64,000 nt of DNA from the NCBI GenBank assembly GCA_951406725.2, contig OX597834.1:23250001-23314000 (forward strand), in the 5' to 3' direction. The DNA is from Octopus vulgaris. Its lineage: Eukaryota. The notes beneath the pieces are model-generated. The model made no database searches, had not been told where the DNA came from, and worked only from the letters and a program-made list of their open reading frames with translations. The position numbers and the translations under genes were made by a program. Of the stretch, positions 1-12,416 are shown one piece after another; within the stretch, counting starts at the first letter, position 1, and every line of letters begins with the position of its first letter.

Positions 1-103
1 GATACCCGAATTTGGTTAAACTGCACCGCAAAATGTGGGAGGAGTTAGGAATCTAAATCGAAGGGGACAGACACTCACACAACTACAGTTTTATATATAT
101 AGA
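1..103 (-). mobile_element. Non-autonomous Helitron, 5' part (truncated by window edge)
   Basis: Reverse complement closely matches 57212-57315; begins TCTATATATATAAAACT after an A on the minus strand. Confidence 0.7.
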
Positions 104-171
104 TATATATATATATATATACATGTGTATATATACATGTGTATACATATATATATACATGTGTAATGTAT

Positions 172-229
<58 letters not shown>

Positions 230-928
230 ACACATGTATATATATATATGTGCAGATTTGGTGTGATTTCTTTTTTTAAAAACAATAATGAATAATGCAA
301 GAATATATTTATTTATAAAGTTTAAACAGAACATGGAATGAAATGTATTTATTTATAAACTTTAAACTGAACTTCAATTGTTTTATAAACCTAACAGCGT
401 GGTGGTACGTAAATAAACGGCATCAGATTTTTCTACTTTCACTTCTGACAGCTAATAGCATGACAGTGCCAGATAATCTCACATGGTCACTGACCTCAGC
501 CCTGTCATAGACTTCTAGGGATACGTCAAACAAGGGATTCCTTTTATTTTTCACCCACCAAAAATTTGACAAATACATTATTTTCAAAATTAACTGAAAC
601 AAAGATAATGTATTTCAACAAAGATATGGTAATGTAAGGGTTAAAAGTTGGCAATCATTGACGACCTTTGAACTTTGTGTCAGTGATAGCAATTGAACTC
701 AGAATCTGTCAGCTTTTTTTTTTTGTTTTTTTTTTCCTGATATATACAAACATATATCTGATAGAGGTGCAGGTGTGGGTGTGTGGTAAGAAGTTCATTT
801 CCCAACCACATGGTTCTGGGTTTAGTCTCTCTGAATGGAACCTTAGGCAAGTGTCTTCTACTATAGTATTGGGCTGGCCAAAGTCTTGTGAGCAGATTTA
901 GTACACGAAAACTGAAAGAAGCCCATCA

Positions 929-1405
929 TATAATAATAATAAAAACATTGTGTACAGTGCTCAGGTGCACTACAACTCATCTAAAGTGTATGTATAATCA
1001 AGTGTAGTTTTGGCGGATTTCGGAAAGCATGAGGGCCTTAAAGGATGCAGTGTCATGGCAGTCAACAACTGACGCAGGCAGTTTGTTCCATGCTTCAGCA
1101 ACTCTGAGTGTGGAAAAATGTTTCCGAAAGTCATGGGAGCTGTGTTGTTTTCTGACTTTGTAGGCATGTCCACGTGTGTTGGACACATGGAGATCAAAAA
1201 GGTGTTTAGTGTTGTTGGTGAGGTGGTTGATAACTTTGTGGGTGTTTACCAAGTCTGTCGCCAGACGCCGGAGCTTCAGTGAATCCATGCCCAGGGAAAC
1301 AAGGCACTCAGAGTATGGTAGGTGTCTGATGGAGGGTATGCGTTTGGTTGCACGTCTCTGAACAGATTCCAGGAGGTCAATGTTCTGAGCAAGATAGGGG
1401 TTCAG
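929..1405 (-). mobile_element. CR1/L2-clade LINE, 5'-truncated 3' fragment (RT C-terminus, 3'UTR, (TAA)n tail)
   Basis: Encodes LLESVQRRATKRIPSIRHLPYSECL...LRRLATDL...FRKHF..LRVAEAWNKLP; near-identical copies at 3200-3590, 23313-23770 and 57815-58083. Confidence 0.85.
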
Positions 1406-1414
1406 TAATATATA

Positions 1415-1628
1415 CAGTAATTCCTCGCCATATCGCAGTTCACCCATTGCGGTTTATTATTTAAGCTTATGTTGATTCCTCCATGGTGTTTTGCATTTAT
1501 AATAAAATAAATATATACAAATTCTAAAAATAATAAAAAAAATATACAGTATTGTTTCAACTTTGTGGATTTTCATCTATTGTGGAGGGTTTTGGAATGT
1601 AACACCTAGGATAGTTGAGGGATTACTG
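1415..1628. mobile_element. Tc1/mariner-superfamily (pogo/Tigger-like) MITE
   Basis: TIRs CAGTAATTCCTC...GAGGGATTACTG flanked by TA on both sides. Confidence 0.75.
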
Positions 1629-2209
1629 TATGTGTGTGTGTGTCTTTGTATCTGTGTTTGCATCCTCAACAGCCTGACAATTGTTGAAGGCTTGTATGTG
1701 TCCCCATAACATAGAAGTTCAGCAAAACATAAGAACAGGGTAAATACCAGGTTTGAAAAAAAAAATACATATTGGGGTCAAACCCTTCAAGGTGGTGCTC
1801 CAGCATGGCCACAGTCTAATGACTGAAACAAATAAAAGATAACAGAAGGAACCCTAGGCCCTTATCTAAGTCTCCTTAGCTGTTTTCACTCAAACATACA
1901 CCTTCCTTCCCACTCCCACTGAAACATAACTGTACAAAGTCTAACATTCATTATCTCTCTCTCTCTCTCTCTCCCTCCATAGTAATTGATACTGGGAATA
2001 GGTCAAGTTGTTAAGCAGGATTTTAAAAGTCAAGTGTCAGTGGGCTTACACAAAGAAGCCACCACAAGGATTCATGCACACACACACACACACACACAAT
2101 AATACAAACAAGCCACAATGGAGTTTCATATAGACACACAAACACCATGAGAAAATATCACACACACAAATATCAAACCACGAAACTTCACACACGCACG
2201 CACAAACAT

Positions 2210-2246
<37 letters not shown>

Positions 2247-3199
2247 CATATGAATGACAGTGTTGTAAAGACGTTTGCCTTCCAACCACATGATTTCTGG
2301 TTCCGTCCCACAGCATGGCACCATAAACCTGGAACAAGTAGACAGAAACTAAAAGTAGTTCATTGTGAGAGTGAGAGTGTATATGTGTGTGTGTGTGTGT
2401 GCATTTATGTATGTGCATGTGTGTGTATGTATGTGTGTGTATGTATGTATGTGTGTATGTCTCCTCCCCGCTTCCCTTGATTCTATGCAAAAATTGTAAA
2501 TGAACTTCAGAGTCATTCAAGCATGAAAAAACATGTCTGGACAGGCAGGCAGGTAGACAATATTACCTTAATTGGGAAGGGGTAAGTGTTGGCAACCGGA
2601 AGGTTCTCTGGCAATAGAAAATCTTTCTCAATATCTTCTGTCTGAGCCTTACAGGCATGTGAAAGTGGATGTTAAAATGAAGATGATGATGATGACGATA
2701 ATGATGGCTGTCCACTCATGACCAAAAAAGACCATCACTAATCATTGCCCATACAAAACGACAGCAATGCCTATGCATGAAGTTGTTGCAACAACTGTTG
2801 GCTTCACCTGGGTTTTCGTCAGCAGCTTCCGTACTTGCTGTGGCGTCCTCCTACACAACCAGGCATCGAATAGTTGCAAAACATAAAATTTAGGTCCAAT
2901 AGGGCTTGCACAGCACCTCCCAGATCCTACTGACACAATCTAGAGACAAGCCTCGGCGAGATATCCAGTGCCAACAAGGGTTGCAGGCTCAGGAATGTGG
3001 TAGCACAACGATCTCAAGTGCAAGCAAAATATCTCCAAAATGTTCATTGCCACTCCTTGCACATCTGGTTTTATACCAGAGTGACCTTCTCCTGGGGACA
3101 TGCCTTAACAAAAGATAAGGGGTATCTCATTCCTAGTGGTCTTCCAGCACATTGGACACTAACTCAAAATTTCTGAGAGCCCATGATAATAATCCATTT

Positions 3200-3590
3200 A
3201 TAATAATAATAATAATAATAATAATTGTGTACAGTGCCCAGGTGCACTACAACTCATCTAAAGTGTATACATAATCAGTTGTAGTTTCGGCGGATTTCGG
3301 AAAGCATGAGGGCCTTAAAGGATGCAGTGTCATGGCAGTCAACAACTGACGCAGGCAGTTTATTCCATGCTTCAGCAACTCTGAGCGTGAAAAAATGTTT
3401 CCGAAAGTCATGGGAGCTGTGTTGTTTTCTGACTTTGTAGGCATGTCCACGTGTGTTAGACACATGGAGATCAAAAAGGTGTTTAGTGTTGTTGGTGAGG
3501 TGGTTGATAACTTTGTGGGTGTTTACCAAGTCCGTCGCCAGACGCCGGAGCTTCAGTGAATCCATGCCCAGGGAAACAAGGCGCTCAGAA
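3200..3590 (-). mobile_element. CR1/L2-clade LINE 3' fragment
   Basis: Almost identical to 929-1405; ORF MDSLKLRRLATDLVNTHKVINHL...; TAA tail. Confidence 0.85.
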
Positions 3591-3876
3591 TATTTATAAA
3601 CACATTATTGATGATTGATGATGATTATTGTCGTAAAAACGAGAAGTTGTTCTGTGACATACACAACAATGCTTTACATATATTTTGTTTGAATCTGCTG
3701 GAATGTGTTAAGAATAAATATGCAAGTCATGGCCATACACAATGCAGATAATGATTTTATATGTGTATGTGTGTGTATGTGTATGTGTGTGTATCTATAT
3801 GTATATATGTGTGTGTGTGCACATATGTGTGTTTATGTGTATGTGTGTGTATCTATATGTATATATGTGTGTGTGT

Positions 3877-4039
3877 GAAACACCTACATTGCTAGAAATA
3901 AGAGCTAGACTGGTATAATGCTGTAGTTAATGCACATGAATGAAAACATAAGCACTAACAGTGTATATGTTTTCATACATCTGTGTTAACTACAACATTA
4001 TAGCAGTTTAGCTTTTATTTCTAGCAATGTAGGTGCTTC
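3877..4039. repeat. Long imperfect inverted repeat (fold-back/MITE-like)
   Basis: Arms of about 74 bp: GAAACACCTACATTGCTAGAAATAAGAGCTA... and ...TAGCTTTTATTTCTAGCAATGTAGGTGCTTC, with a loop of about 15 nt. Confidence 0.8.
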
Positions 4040-6600
4040 TTAACACCTTAGTCACATTTAAGTGACAATTATAATTCTCGTATTTGGTGAAAAATTGCAA
4101 ACTGCTGTTTATATTATATCATATTATATATATATATATAAACATATATATATATATATACGGTTCCAGGTAAATTCCATCGTGAGAAAATTCCACTACA
4201 AAAGATGTCTGTAATGTCAACCTTAGAAATGTCACGAGGATGGAAAAAGGAAAAACAAAAGTAGAACATTTTCTGTTCCAGATTTCATGCTTGTCAGATT
4301 CTGATGACTAATGCCCTACCACACACACACACACACTGCCACCACCATCTTTTCCCACTTCATCAGTTAACACTTGTTTTGACAATTATTATGACCAGGC
4401 TCCCGTGGCTTTTATGGGTTTTCCCACGAGTAAACCTTTCGAAGCGCCTCCCCCTATTGGGAGTTTTAATTGTTACTTACATTTCGTTGTTATCCTGCTT
4501 TTGTACACGGACCTTTTTCAAACGGACAAAACCCTTTGTAACTTTTGTCCTGTGTTTTGTCCCTTTATGTTTTAATTGATTTTTGTAAGCCCTTGTGGCC
4601 AATAAACGAATGAATTATTATTATTATTATTATTATTATACATTGATGGTGAGAGAGAGAAGAAAAGGAAATATTCCACTTTTATATAGTTTCTTTTTCT
4701 TTTATAGATTTTTATCCGTTACTTGTTTCAGTCAATACACTGACCATGCTGAGGTACCACCTTGAGCAATTTTAGTAGAAGGAATTATCCCATCATGCTG
4801 ATTCTTCCTGAGAACTACATTAAAGGTATGCTTGTCTGTGGAGTACTCAACCACTTGCATGTTAATTTCATGAGCAGGCTGTTCCATTGATCGGATCAAC
4901 TGGAACCCTCTTCATCATAACCAACAGAGTACCAAAGATATATTCAGAATGTGTTCCTTTCAGGTTTTGTCAACCAAATTCATTCACAAGACATTGGTTG
5001 GCCTGAGGCTATAGTAGAAGACACTTGCCCAAGATGCCACTCAGTGGGACTGAACCTGGAACCATGTCGTTGGGAAGCAAACGTCTTACCAAACAGCCAC
5101 TCCAGCACCCTTCATCGATCTTTAATATTTGCTCCTATCAAGGGCAGACTCGGGGGTGGGTACATGCTCCCCTTAAGAAAAGAAGTGTGCCCTACTAAAT
5201 AATGTTATTATGCCCTTTCCTTCTGAATTGTATGCCCTTCTGACCTTGCTCCCCCCCTCTTCAAAAAGTTCCCGGGGCTGCGCCTACCTATAATGTTTAA
5301 AGGTTTTGATTAGGCTCTTTGATTTCCTTCAAAGTTAATTTTGTTTAAACCAGGTGATGGATAGATGGACAGACTTATTCGGCATATAAGGAGAATAACG
5401 TTGGCAAAAACAGAATGTATGTGTGTGTGTATGTGTGTGTATGTTTGTGTGTCTGTGTTAGTCCCCCCCACCATCGCTTGACAACTGATGTTGGTGTTTT
5501 TACGTCCACGTAACTTAGCAGTTCGGCAAAAGAAACGCAGTACTAGGCTTAGAAAGAATAAGTCCTGGGGTCAATTTGTTCGACTAAAGGCGATGTTCCA
5601 GCATGGCCGCAGTCAAATTAATGAAAAAAATAAAAGAATAAAAATTTATAAGGATAATATTTATAATTCTTCACTTAGCGGTTCGGCAAAAGAGACCGAT
5701 AGAATAAGTACTGGGCTTACAAAGAATAAGTCCCGGGGTCGATTTGCTCGACTAAAGGCGGTGCTCCAGCATGGCCGCAGTCAAATGACTGAAACAAGTA
5801 AAAGAGTAAAAATGAATCTGCCGTTTTTTGATGGGTGAGCTGCACTCGCTTAGCGCACCCGGAATACATGCAGAATAGCGTTGGTAAAAATAAAAGGTTC
5901 TGGGTATGGCCGTGTGGCTAAGAAGCTCACTTTACAACGGCATCATTGCAGGTTCAGTCCCAGTGGGCAGCAATTTGGACAAGTGTCCTCAGTTAATGTT
6001 TTATAACTTGACCCTAACCGTCCTCTACTATGGCCCTGAAATGACCAAGGCCTTGCAAATGAATTTGGCAGATAGAAATTGTGTGGAAGCCTGCTGTGCG
6101 TGTGTGCGTGACACGCACCACCGCCGCTTGACAGTTGACTAGTTTACGTAATTCTGCGGTTTGGCGAGTGACACCATCAGACTTTTAAAAAATAATAAGC
6201 ACACTAAAACCAGTAAAAAGATAATGAAAAAAAAATCCAAAAGAATCAAAATGTTTCATAACGCATACATGTAGAATAGCGTCGGTAAAAACAGGTTCTG
6301 GATTAAGTGAAAGCGGAGTTATTTTTTTGTTAAAGACATCGGATCATCGAACGGTGATCGAATCAATTTCTTTATATCAAGAACTTTTATACTTCTGCGG
6401 GGATTGTTTGAGAATATAATGGGTTAATTCTTATTAAATCAAAAAATATGACATTAAACACCTCCTAACGGAGTTATTAAGCGTGACAGATATTGTAACA
6501 ATTTCCGACATCCTGTTACAAATGCAATAGATCGGGATTTTTTACTCGACAATACTCGAACTAACGGTTTATGTGCATGAATACATCCCATCCTTTATTC

Positions 6601-6801
6601 CAGTGCTTTTCAAACTTTTGGCTGGAGCGGAACCCCAAGGAAACATTCCACTGGCTCGAGGAACCCCTGTGCAATAATTTAATAGTCTTATGCACACATA
6701 TCTGCACAGGAGAATTAAAAATTACTGCCAATTTTAGCAGTTTTGTAACTTCTTGCGGAACCCCTGGACTGTACTAGCGGAACCCTGGTTGAAAACCACT
6801 G
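6601..6801. mobile_element. hAT-superfamily MITE with intact 8-bp TSD
   Basis: TIRs CAGTGCTTTTCAA...TTGAAAACCACTG; perfect TSD CTTTATTC at 6593-6600 and 6802-6809. Confidence 0.9.
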
Positions 6802-8239
6802 CTTTATTCAGACATACTACACTTAGGGGTATATGATCTTAAGTTTCCTTTTAAGACAATGTGGAGTTATGTAAGGAAGATTTGGCCAAAACAAAACCGA
6901 TAAACTAAAATGCTAACTATTTTTCACTAGGTCACGAACGTTCACTTTCATTTTTTCTTTTCATTTCGCCATAATAATTATTTCTATCATAGGCACCAGG
7001 CGCAACATTTAGTAGGAGGGGCAAATCGATTACATCGACTTCGAAAGGATAAAAGGCAAAGACGACTTCGACGAAATTTTAACTCAGAACTTAAAAGAGA
7101 GACGAAATGTTGATTGCATTTTGCACTTTTCGCCATAATAAAATTGTATTTTTCTGGGTCTTTATGTTCTGAGTTCAAATTTCACTGTGGTCAACTTTGC
7201 ATTCCATCCTTTCAGAAGTCGATAAAATAAAGTATCAGTCAATTACAGGATCAATGACATTAACAAACCCTCTTTGCCGGCCTCACGTCTAAATCAGAAA
7301 ACAATTATTAATGCTAGCATTAACCCCGAAAAAGTTTGGGGGAAGGAGCAACCAGGGGTATGTAATTGAATACATCTGAGTTTCTCACATGGGGCAGCCC
7401 CCACCTAACACGTGGGAGATGGAGGGCTAAGAGAATTTAAAATCAGTAGACAAACTGCAGTGTTTAAAATAAAAATCAAGATGGTTTTAAATATTTAAAC
7501 TTGTCTAACGCCCTCGCAAAAGAAATGGGAATTATTCAGCTGCTAATTTCATACAGGGGTAAAATGTATACACCCAAATATTATGGTGTTGGGCATTTAT
7601 TTGTCAGGCTTATCTCCACTCCAGAACAGGAGAGAGCGAGGGATCGATTAACGATTTAGGGCAACAATACTGAACTGTCTGTTCCCTGTTTTAGAGATAC
7701 AGGGGGTGGATCACTTGATAAAGAACTGTCATTTTTTTAATAATGAATTCTATGTGCCACACACATTGAACCTACTATATATATTTATTTAATCGAACCT
7801 CAATGAATGAAAGTAAAAAACGACCGAAGTGTCAGCAAAGAAATTTTATCCAGCATCCCAATCAATTCTGTTAGCCACCATCAGTACCAAACTATACCAC
7901 AACTTCAGCCCCAAAGAGAGACGAACCATCGAGGGAGCTTCTATGAGGTCGTCAGAAGGAAAGAAACGACATATTGGTTGATGTAGTCGTAGATACGTTA
8001 AAGAAAATATAAACAGGCGAGGTGGTTACGATTGGAATGACTTTGATCACAGGTCTGTCTATTTGATCAGGACTGACCTGGAGATAAACAAAATCAAGCT
8101 TAAACGGACTTTGACACTAATTACCTTGCAATTAACAACTTTATACATGAGGGCCTCTCAGAGGTCATTCTGTTAATTAGAAATAGCAGTCAAAAGCTTT
8201 GCATCGTATCGTCTTGAAAAAAGACACGTTTAATAAAGT

Positions 8240-8284
<45 letters not shown>

Positions 8285-8550
8285 GGGTTGGTCGAGTCTG
8301 GAACGTCTTTGTTCATCTGATAGATTGACTCAAACACAAACTGACCTGGAGTTAAACAACACAACTTTTTAAAAAGTTTACGAAGAAAGAAAGTTATTAT
8401 ATATCTAATACAAGTTTATACATTGTCAGGGTATTCGAATAAATGTCTGATTAAGTGATTGATTGAATGATTAACGCAAAACTGAATCAAAACACTGTAA
8501 AATGACAAAGAAGAAAGATCGAAAATGTAGAATAAATATTTGATTATTAC

Positions 8551-8643
8551 CTGGACGATGGTGTCGGCTTCTGGAGCGGGACCATAGCTGAGGGAGTCGA
8601 AAATAGTTTGGGTTTGGAAAAGGGAATTGCTTTGGGACGACAT
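8551..8643 (-). CDS. ALDH16A1: Aldehyde dehydrogenase family 16 member, first coding exon (rest not found; probably left of the window)
   Basis: MSSQSNSLFQTQTIFDSLSYGPAPEADTIVQ followed by a phase-0 donor CAG|gtaata. The IFxSLxYGP(A/V)PE motif is typical of ALDH16 N-termini (human EIFTSLEYGPVPE). An acceptor (tttatag) lies 15 nt upstream of the ATG. Confidence 0.8.
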
Positions 8644-8812
8644 AATAATTATAAGCACCTATAAAACTAATTATTCAGACAAATAAAAGTTAATATAAAC
8701 ATATATTTGTATATCTATATATACTTATATATGTTTATATACTCAACAACTATAATATAAATATATATGTGTGTCTGTGTGTCTGTGTGTATAAGCACAA
8801 GGTTAGTTTTCT

Positions 8813-8836
8813 CAAACTCGTGAGTTTGCGCGAAAA
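8813..8836. promoter_or_regulatory. E2F-like site overlapping a short palindrome upstream of the ALDH16 coding exon
   Basis: TTTTCGCGCAAA on the minus strand (8825-8836); palindrome CAAACTC-GT-GAGTTTG at 8813-8828. Motif match only. Confidence 0.3.
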
Positions 8837-9014
8837 CACTTGTTATTTCGTTTCCACTCCTTTCCCCACTGAGTAAAAACAAACGATGGAGTAGAAGGGG
8901 TGGGGGAGAAAGATTTATCATCTACTGTGGTGATCATGTGATGGTAGTGGTGGTGGTGGCATTCTTGTGGGAATGGTGATGGAGGTGGACGTGTTGTTGT
9001 TGTTGGTAATAGTA

Positions 9015-9244
9015 GCGGCGAGCTGGCAGAAGCGATAGCACGCCGGGCGAAATGCTTTGCAGTATTTCTTCTGCCGTTACGTTGTGAGTTCAAATTCCGC
9101 CGAGGTCGACTTTGCCTTTCATCCTTTCGGGGTCGATAAATTAAGCACCAGTTACGCACTGGGGTCGATGTAATCGACTTAATACTTATGTCTGTCCTTG
9201 TTTGTCCTCTCTGTGTTTAGCCCCTTGTGGGTAGTAAAGAAATA
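9015..9244 (+). mobile_element. tRNA-derived SINE family B (representative; other copies near 10585-10800, 15070-15298, 15870-16570, 52990-53760, 62541-62731)
   Basis: Head GGCGAGCTGGCAGAA...GAGTTCAAATTCC (A/B-box-like), core CTTTGCCTTTCATCCTTTCGGGGTCGATAAA; many dispersed copies in both orientations. Confidence 0.85.
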
Positions 9245-9769
9245 GGTAATAGTAGTGGTGGTGCAGGTAGTAGCGGCGGTGGTACTTTCTTTGAAGTAGT
9301 GTTTGTAGTGATGCGATGATGAAGATGGTGGTAATGGTAATGGCAGTGAAGGTGATGTTGACATCTTTCTTGGAATGATGATAATGGTGGTGGTGTTGAG
9401 CCCAAAGTAGAGCAGCCTCAATTAATGGTGTTCCAATCGTGACCATCTCGACACATTTTTCAGTTGCAGTATATCTGGGACTATGCTATCCCGTGTGTTC
9501 TTCCTAGTTTATGACAGTAGAATGTGACTTGAGGGAGATTTGGTTGCCATTCTTAATACGTCGATTGATAACTAAGTTTTTAGCTTGGATGAAGCAGACA
9601 CCAATGATCAATGACACTCCAGTCGTGTCCATCCCGTCTTTTTGTCTGCTAGGGACTGCATTCTTCAGAGTGGTAGTTGTGGTGGTGGTTGAGATGCAAC
9701 TAGCATGTTTCGACCTTATTGGAACTCCTTAGTGAAGCATTTCTACTAAGTTGGCAAAATATATATAAA

Positions 9770-10246
9770 TTCTTCCTTGGAAGAAGGAGCTGGTTTCTAA
9801 CAAAGATACAAAGCTCCATCTTTGGAATAATAGCTTATGAAATCAATGTCACATTTTAAACCTGAGAAAAGTCTTGCATAATTTTACTGTTCCGCTTACA
9901 AATTGCATTTGTTATGTGCGAATCAGTTGATTTCTTTTCTGAAAGTCCAAGCTTATCCAAACTGATAGATATTTACTTACAAAACCAAGTTTACCAATTA
10001 TTATTGGTACAAATGTAAATTTGTAATCTTGATGTACAAACTGGAGATTTTGAAGCAGTCATTCACAGTTATTTTCTTTCTTTTGATTTTCAAAGAGATA
10101 TTCACATCAGCAGGCCATACTTCTTCATATATGTCCCCAACAACAACATCCAACCTGTTATGCTTACACTTGACGGAAGTTTTGATAGCAATGTTCCACC
10201 AGTATTTCTCGTGCTCATATTTGTGTATGTATCCAATAACAAGAGA
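9770..10246 (-). mobile_element. R4/Dong-like non-LTR retrotransposon 3' fragment (restriction-like endonuclease region), degraded
   Basis: Minus strand reads KYWWNIAIKTSVKCKHNRLDVVV..PADVNI, then after frameshifts YKFTFVPIIIG.LG and SGTVKLCKTFL; a shorter copy lies at 11070-11268. Confidence 0.65.
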
Positions 10247-11069
10247 ATTCTTCATCATCATCATCATCATCATCACCACCACCATCAGTTAACATCTGTT
10301 CTCTATACTGGTATGGGTTGGGCAGTTTGACAAGGAGCTGACCAGACTCCAAATATCTGTTGCAGCATGGTTTCTATGGCTGGATGCCCTTCCTAACATC
10401 AACCTCTTTACAGGGTGTGGTGCCTTTCATATGAATTTTTGTATCCTCCCACAATTTGAAATGCTTCCTCTCTGCTACCTCTCCAGTTTGATCTTAAGTT
10501 AAGTTTTGTAGGAGATGCAATGTCATTGTTCATATATGAATTGCCATAGAGAACAGATAAGAATTAACTTTGCTTCAAACTTTAATAATCCTTTCTACCA
10601 AAGGCACAAGGCCTGAAACTTGGGGAAGGGAGATAGTCGATTAGATCGACCCCAGTACTCAACTGGTACTTAATTTCTTGACCCCGAAAGGATAAAAGGT
10701 AAAGTAGACCTGGGCGGAATTTGAACTCAGAATGTAGTAATGGACGAAATACCACTGAGCATTTTGTCCAGTGTGCTAACAATTCTGCCAGCTCGCCGCC
10801 TCTCTTCAAGTTTTAATAATGACAACACTTTGAATAAAGTTGCATGGATATGTTTTAATCAGGATGAAATCTGGATGCAGATGAACCAACAGGATGCAAA
10901 TGAACACCATATAGCAAGATATTTTATGCAGCAGAAACGCATGTCAGACAGGGATTTAAAGAGAATATTCTGTACAAATAATCATAATAATAAAAACTGT
11001 GTACTTGTATAAATCTCATTTATTTGAATGGTCTTACATATCTGTGTCTCTTCTATTTTTTTATCATTA

Positions 11070-11268
11070 TAAATCTTCCACTGAGGAGGGAGCGGGTTAC
11101 CAACATAGATACAAGGCTCCATCTTTGGGATGTAATTAACACAGACAAATTTACATTTGGAACTTGAGAAAAGTCTTGCATATTTTTACTGTTCCACTTA
11201 CAGATTGCACTTGTAATGTATGAATCAGCTGGTCGATTTCTCTTTCTGAAAATCCCAGTTTATCCAGA
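11070..11268 (-). mobile_element. R4/Dong-like LINE extreme 3' fragment
   Basis: Homologous to 9770-9960 (GAGAAAAGTCTTGCATA...TTTTACTGTTCC). Confidence 0.6.
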
Positions 11269-11376
11269 TGTATGTATGCATGTATGTAGGCATCCATGTA
11301 TGTATGTATGTATGTATGTGTGTGTGTCTAACTGTCTGTCTCTCTATCTATCTATATGTCTGTCTGTCTGTCTATC

Positions 11377-11414
<38 letters not shown>

Positions 11415-11622
11415 GCATTGTGTACAGTGCTCAGGTGCACTACAGCTCATCAAGAAATGCTAATGAATATTAATTAAAAAATAGAATGTAATTTGGTGGA
11501 GATTAATTAAGACATTTTGATTCATTAGAGTATGCATGTTAGCAAGAGTAACTAGAAAGGTGGTGGTGGGGGGGGGGATAGATAGATAGATATAATGTTA
11601 GCGGGGAACATTAACAGGTGAA

Positions 11623-11643
11623 TGCGCGTGCTCAGCCGGAAGT
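11623..11643 (+). promoter_or_regulatory. PIH1D1 proximal promoter motifs (ETS CCGGAAGT; NRF1-like TGCGCGTGC)
   Basis: CCGGAAGT at 11636-11643, 28 nt before the ATG; such motifs are common at housekeeping and bidirectional promoters. Confidence 0.5.
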
Positions 11644-11671
11644 GTTGGTCTCCAAGCCAAACTGAAACAAC

Positions 11672-11743
11672 ATGTCTGTAGATTCATCTTTATTAAACAT
11701 TGAATCAAAGGAGCTGGACTATGAAAAACTCTTCCTGGACAGC
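11672..11743 (+). CDS. PIH1D1: PIH1 domain-containing protein 1, coding exon 1
   Basis: MSVDSSLLNIESKELDYEKLFLDS then AGC|gtaaat, phase 0; resembles vertebrate PIH1D1 N-termini and joins in frame to exon 2. Confidence 0.75.
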
Positions 11744-11999
11744 GTAAATATTAACCATGTTTTCACTGATATTGTTTTTAGAGGCTTATGGTCAAATAGG
11801 AAGGGGGAATAATGGGCGAAGTGTCCGTGTTATTGTATTTTCACATCTTGTTTGTTTGTTTGTGGTGTAACTCTGAACATGATTCTACCAAATTACAACC
11901 GTTTTCTTTGTTCTGTGGCGATTCATCTAATTTAATATTATTTTCCTGGTGTTCCTTCGTTGGATCTCTGGAGTAACGTTACTCGACAGTCTGCGTAGC

Positions 12000-12260
12000 T
12001 CGGAGATCAAGAAATCGCTCCTGGTCGAACCGCTACCTCTCCGCATTGAGAGGTCACAGCTCCGGTGCTACAGACATGCGGTTAGATTGTCGCATGAAAA
12101 GAATCGCAAGACAGATTCTTCAAGCTGAGCTATCCAGTAGGAGACCTAAGAGTAGACCACCAAGAACAAGATGGTCAGATAATATCCATTGTCTCATGCT
12201 TGGGAATCCAGCCGGAAAGTCTAATGACTGTTGCTTCTCTACCCCCATAACCTTCCCAGG
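12000..12260 (+). mobile_element. RTE-clade LINE 3' fragment, degraded
   Basis: RIARQILQAELSSRRPKSRPPRTRWSDNI resembles the RTE C-terminal GRPxxRW motif. Confidence 0.6.
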
Positions 12261-12416
12261 ACTTGTAGGCGGAGAAGGTAGCTGGATAGATGGTAGATTT
12301 TTACTTTTACATCCGTTTCACCTGCAAAGCGGGTTTATCTAAAGAACGACTGATTTCCGATGGTTTTGATGGTCAGATTCGTCGAAAACACATCAAAAAC
12401 TACCGAAAAATCATAC

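Noticed and set aside
2700-3190. Unique-looking sequence tested as ALDH16 coding exon 2
   Set aside because: I found no minus-strand frame with the expected xWL...GH(F/Y)(I/V)NG motif or suitable splice sites; probably decayed retroelement sequence.
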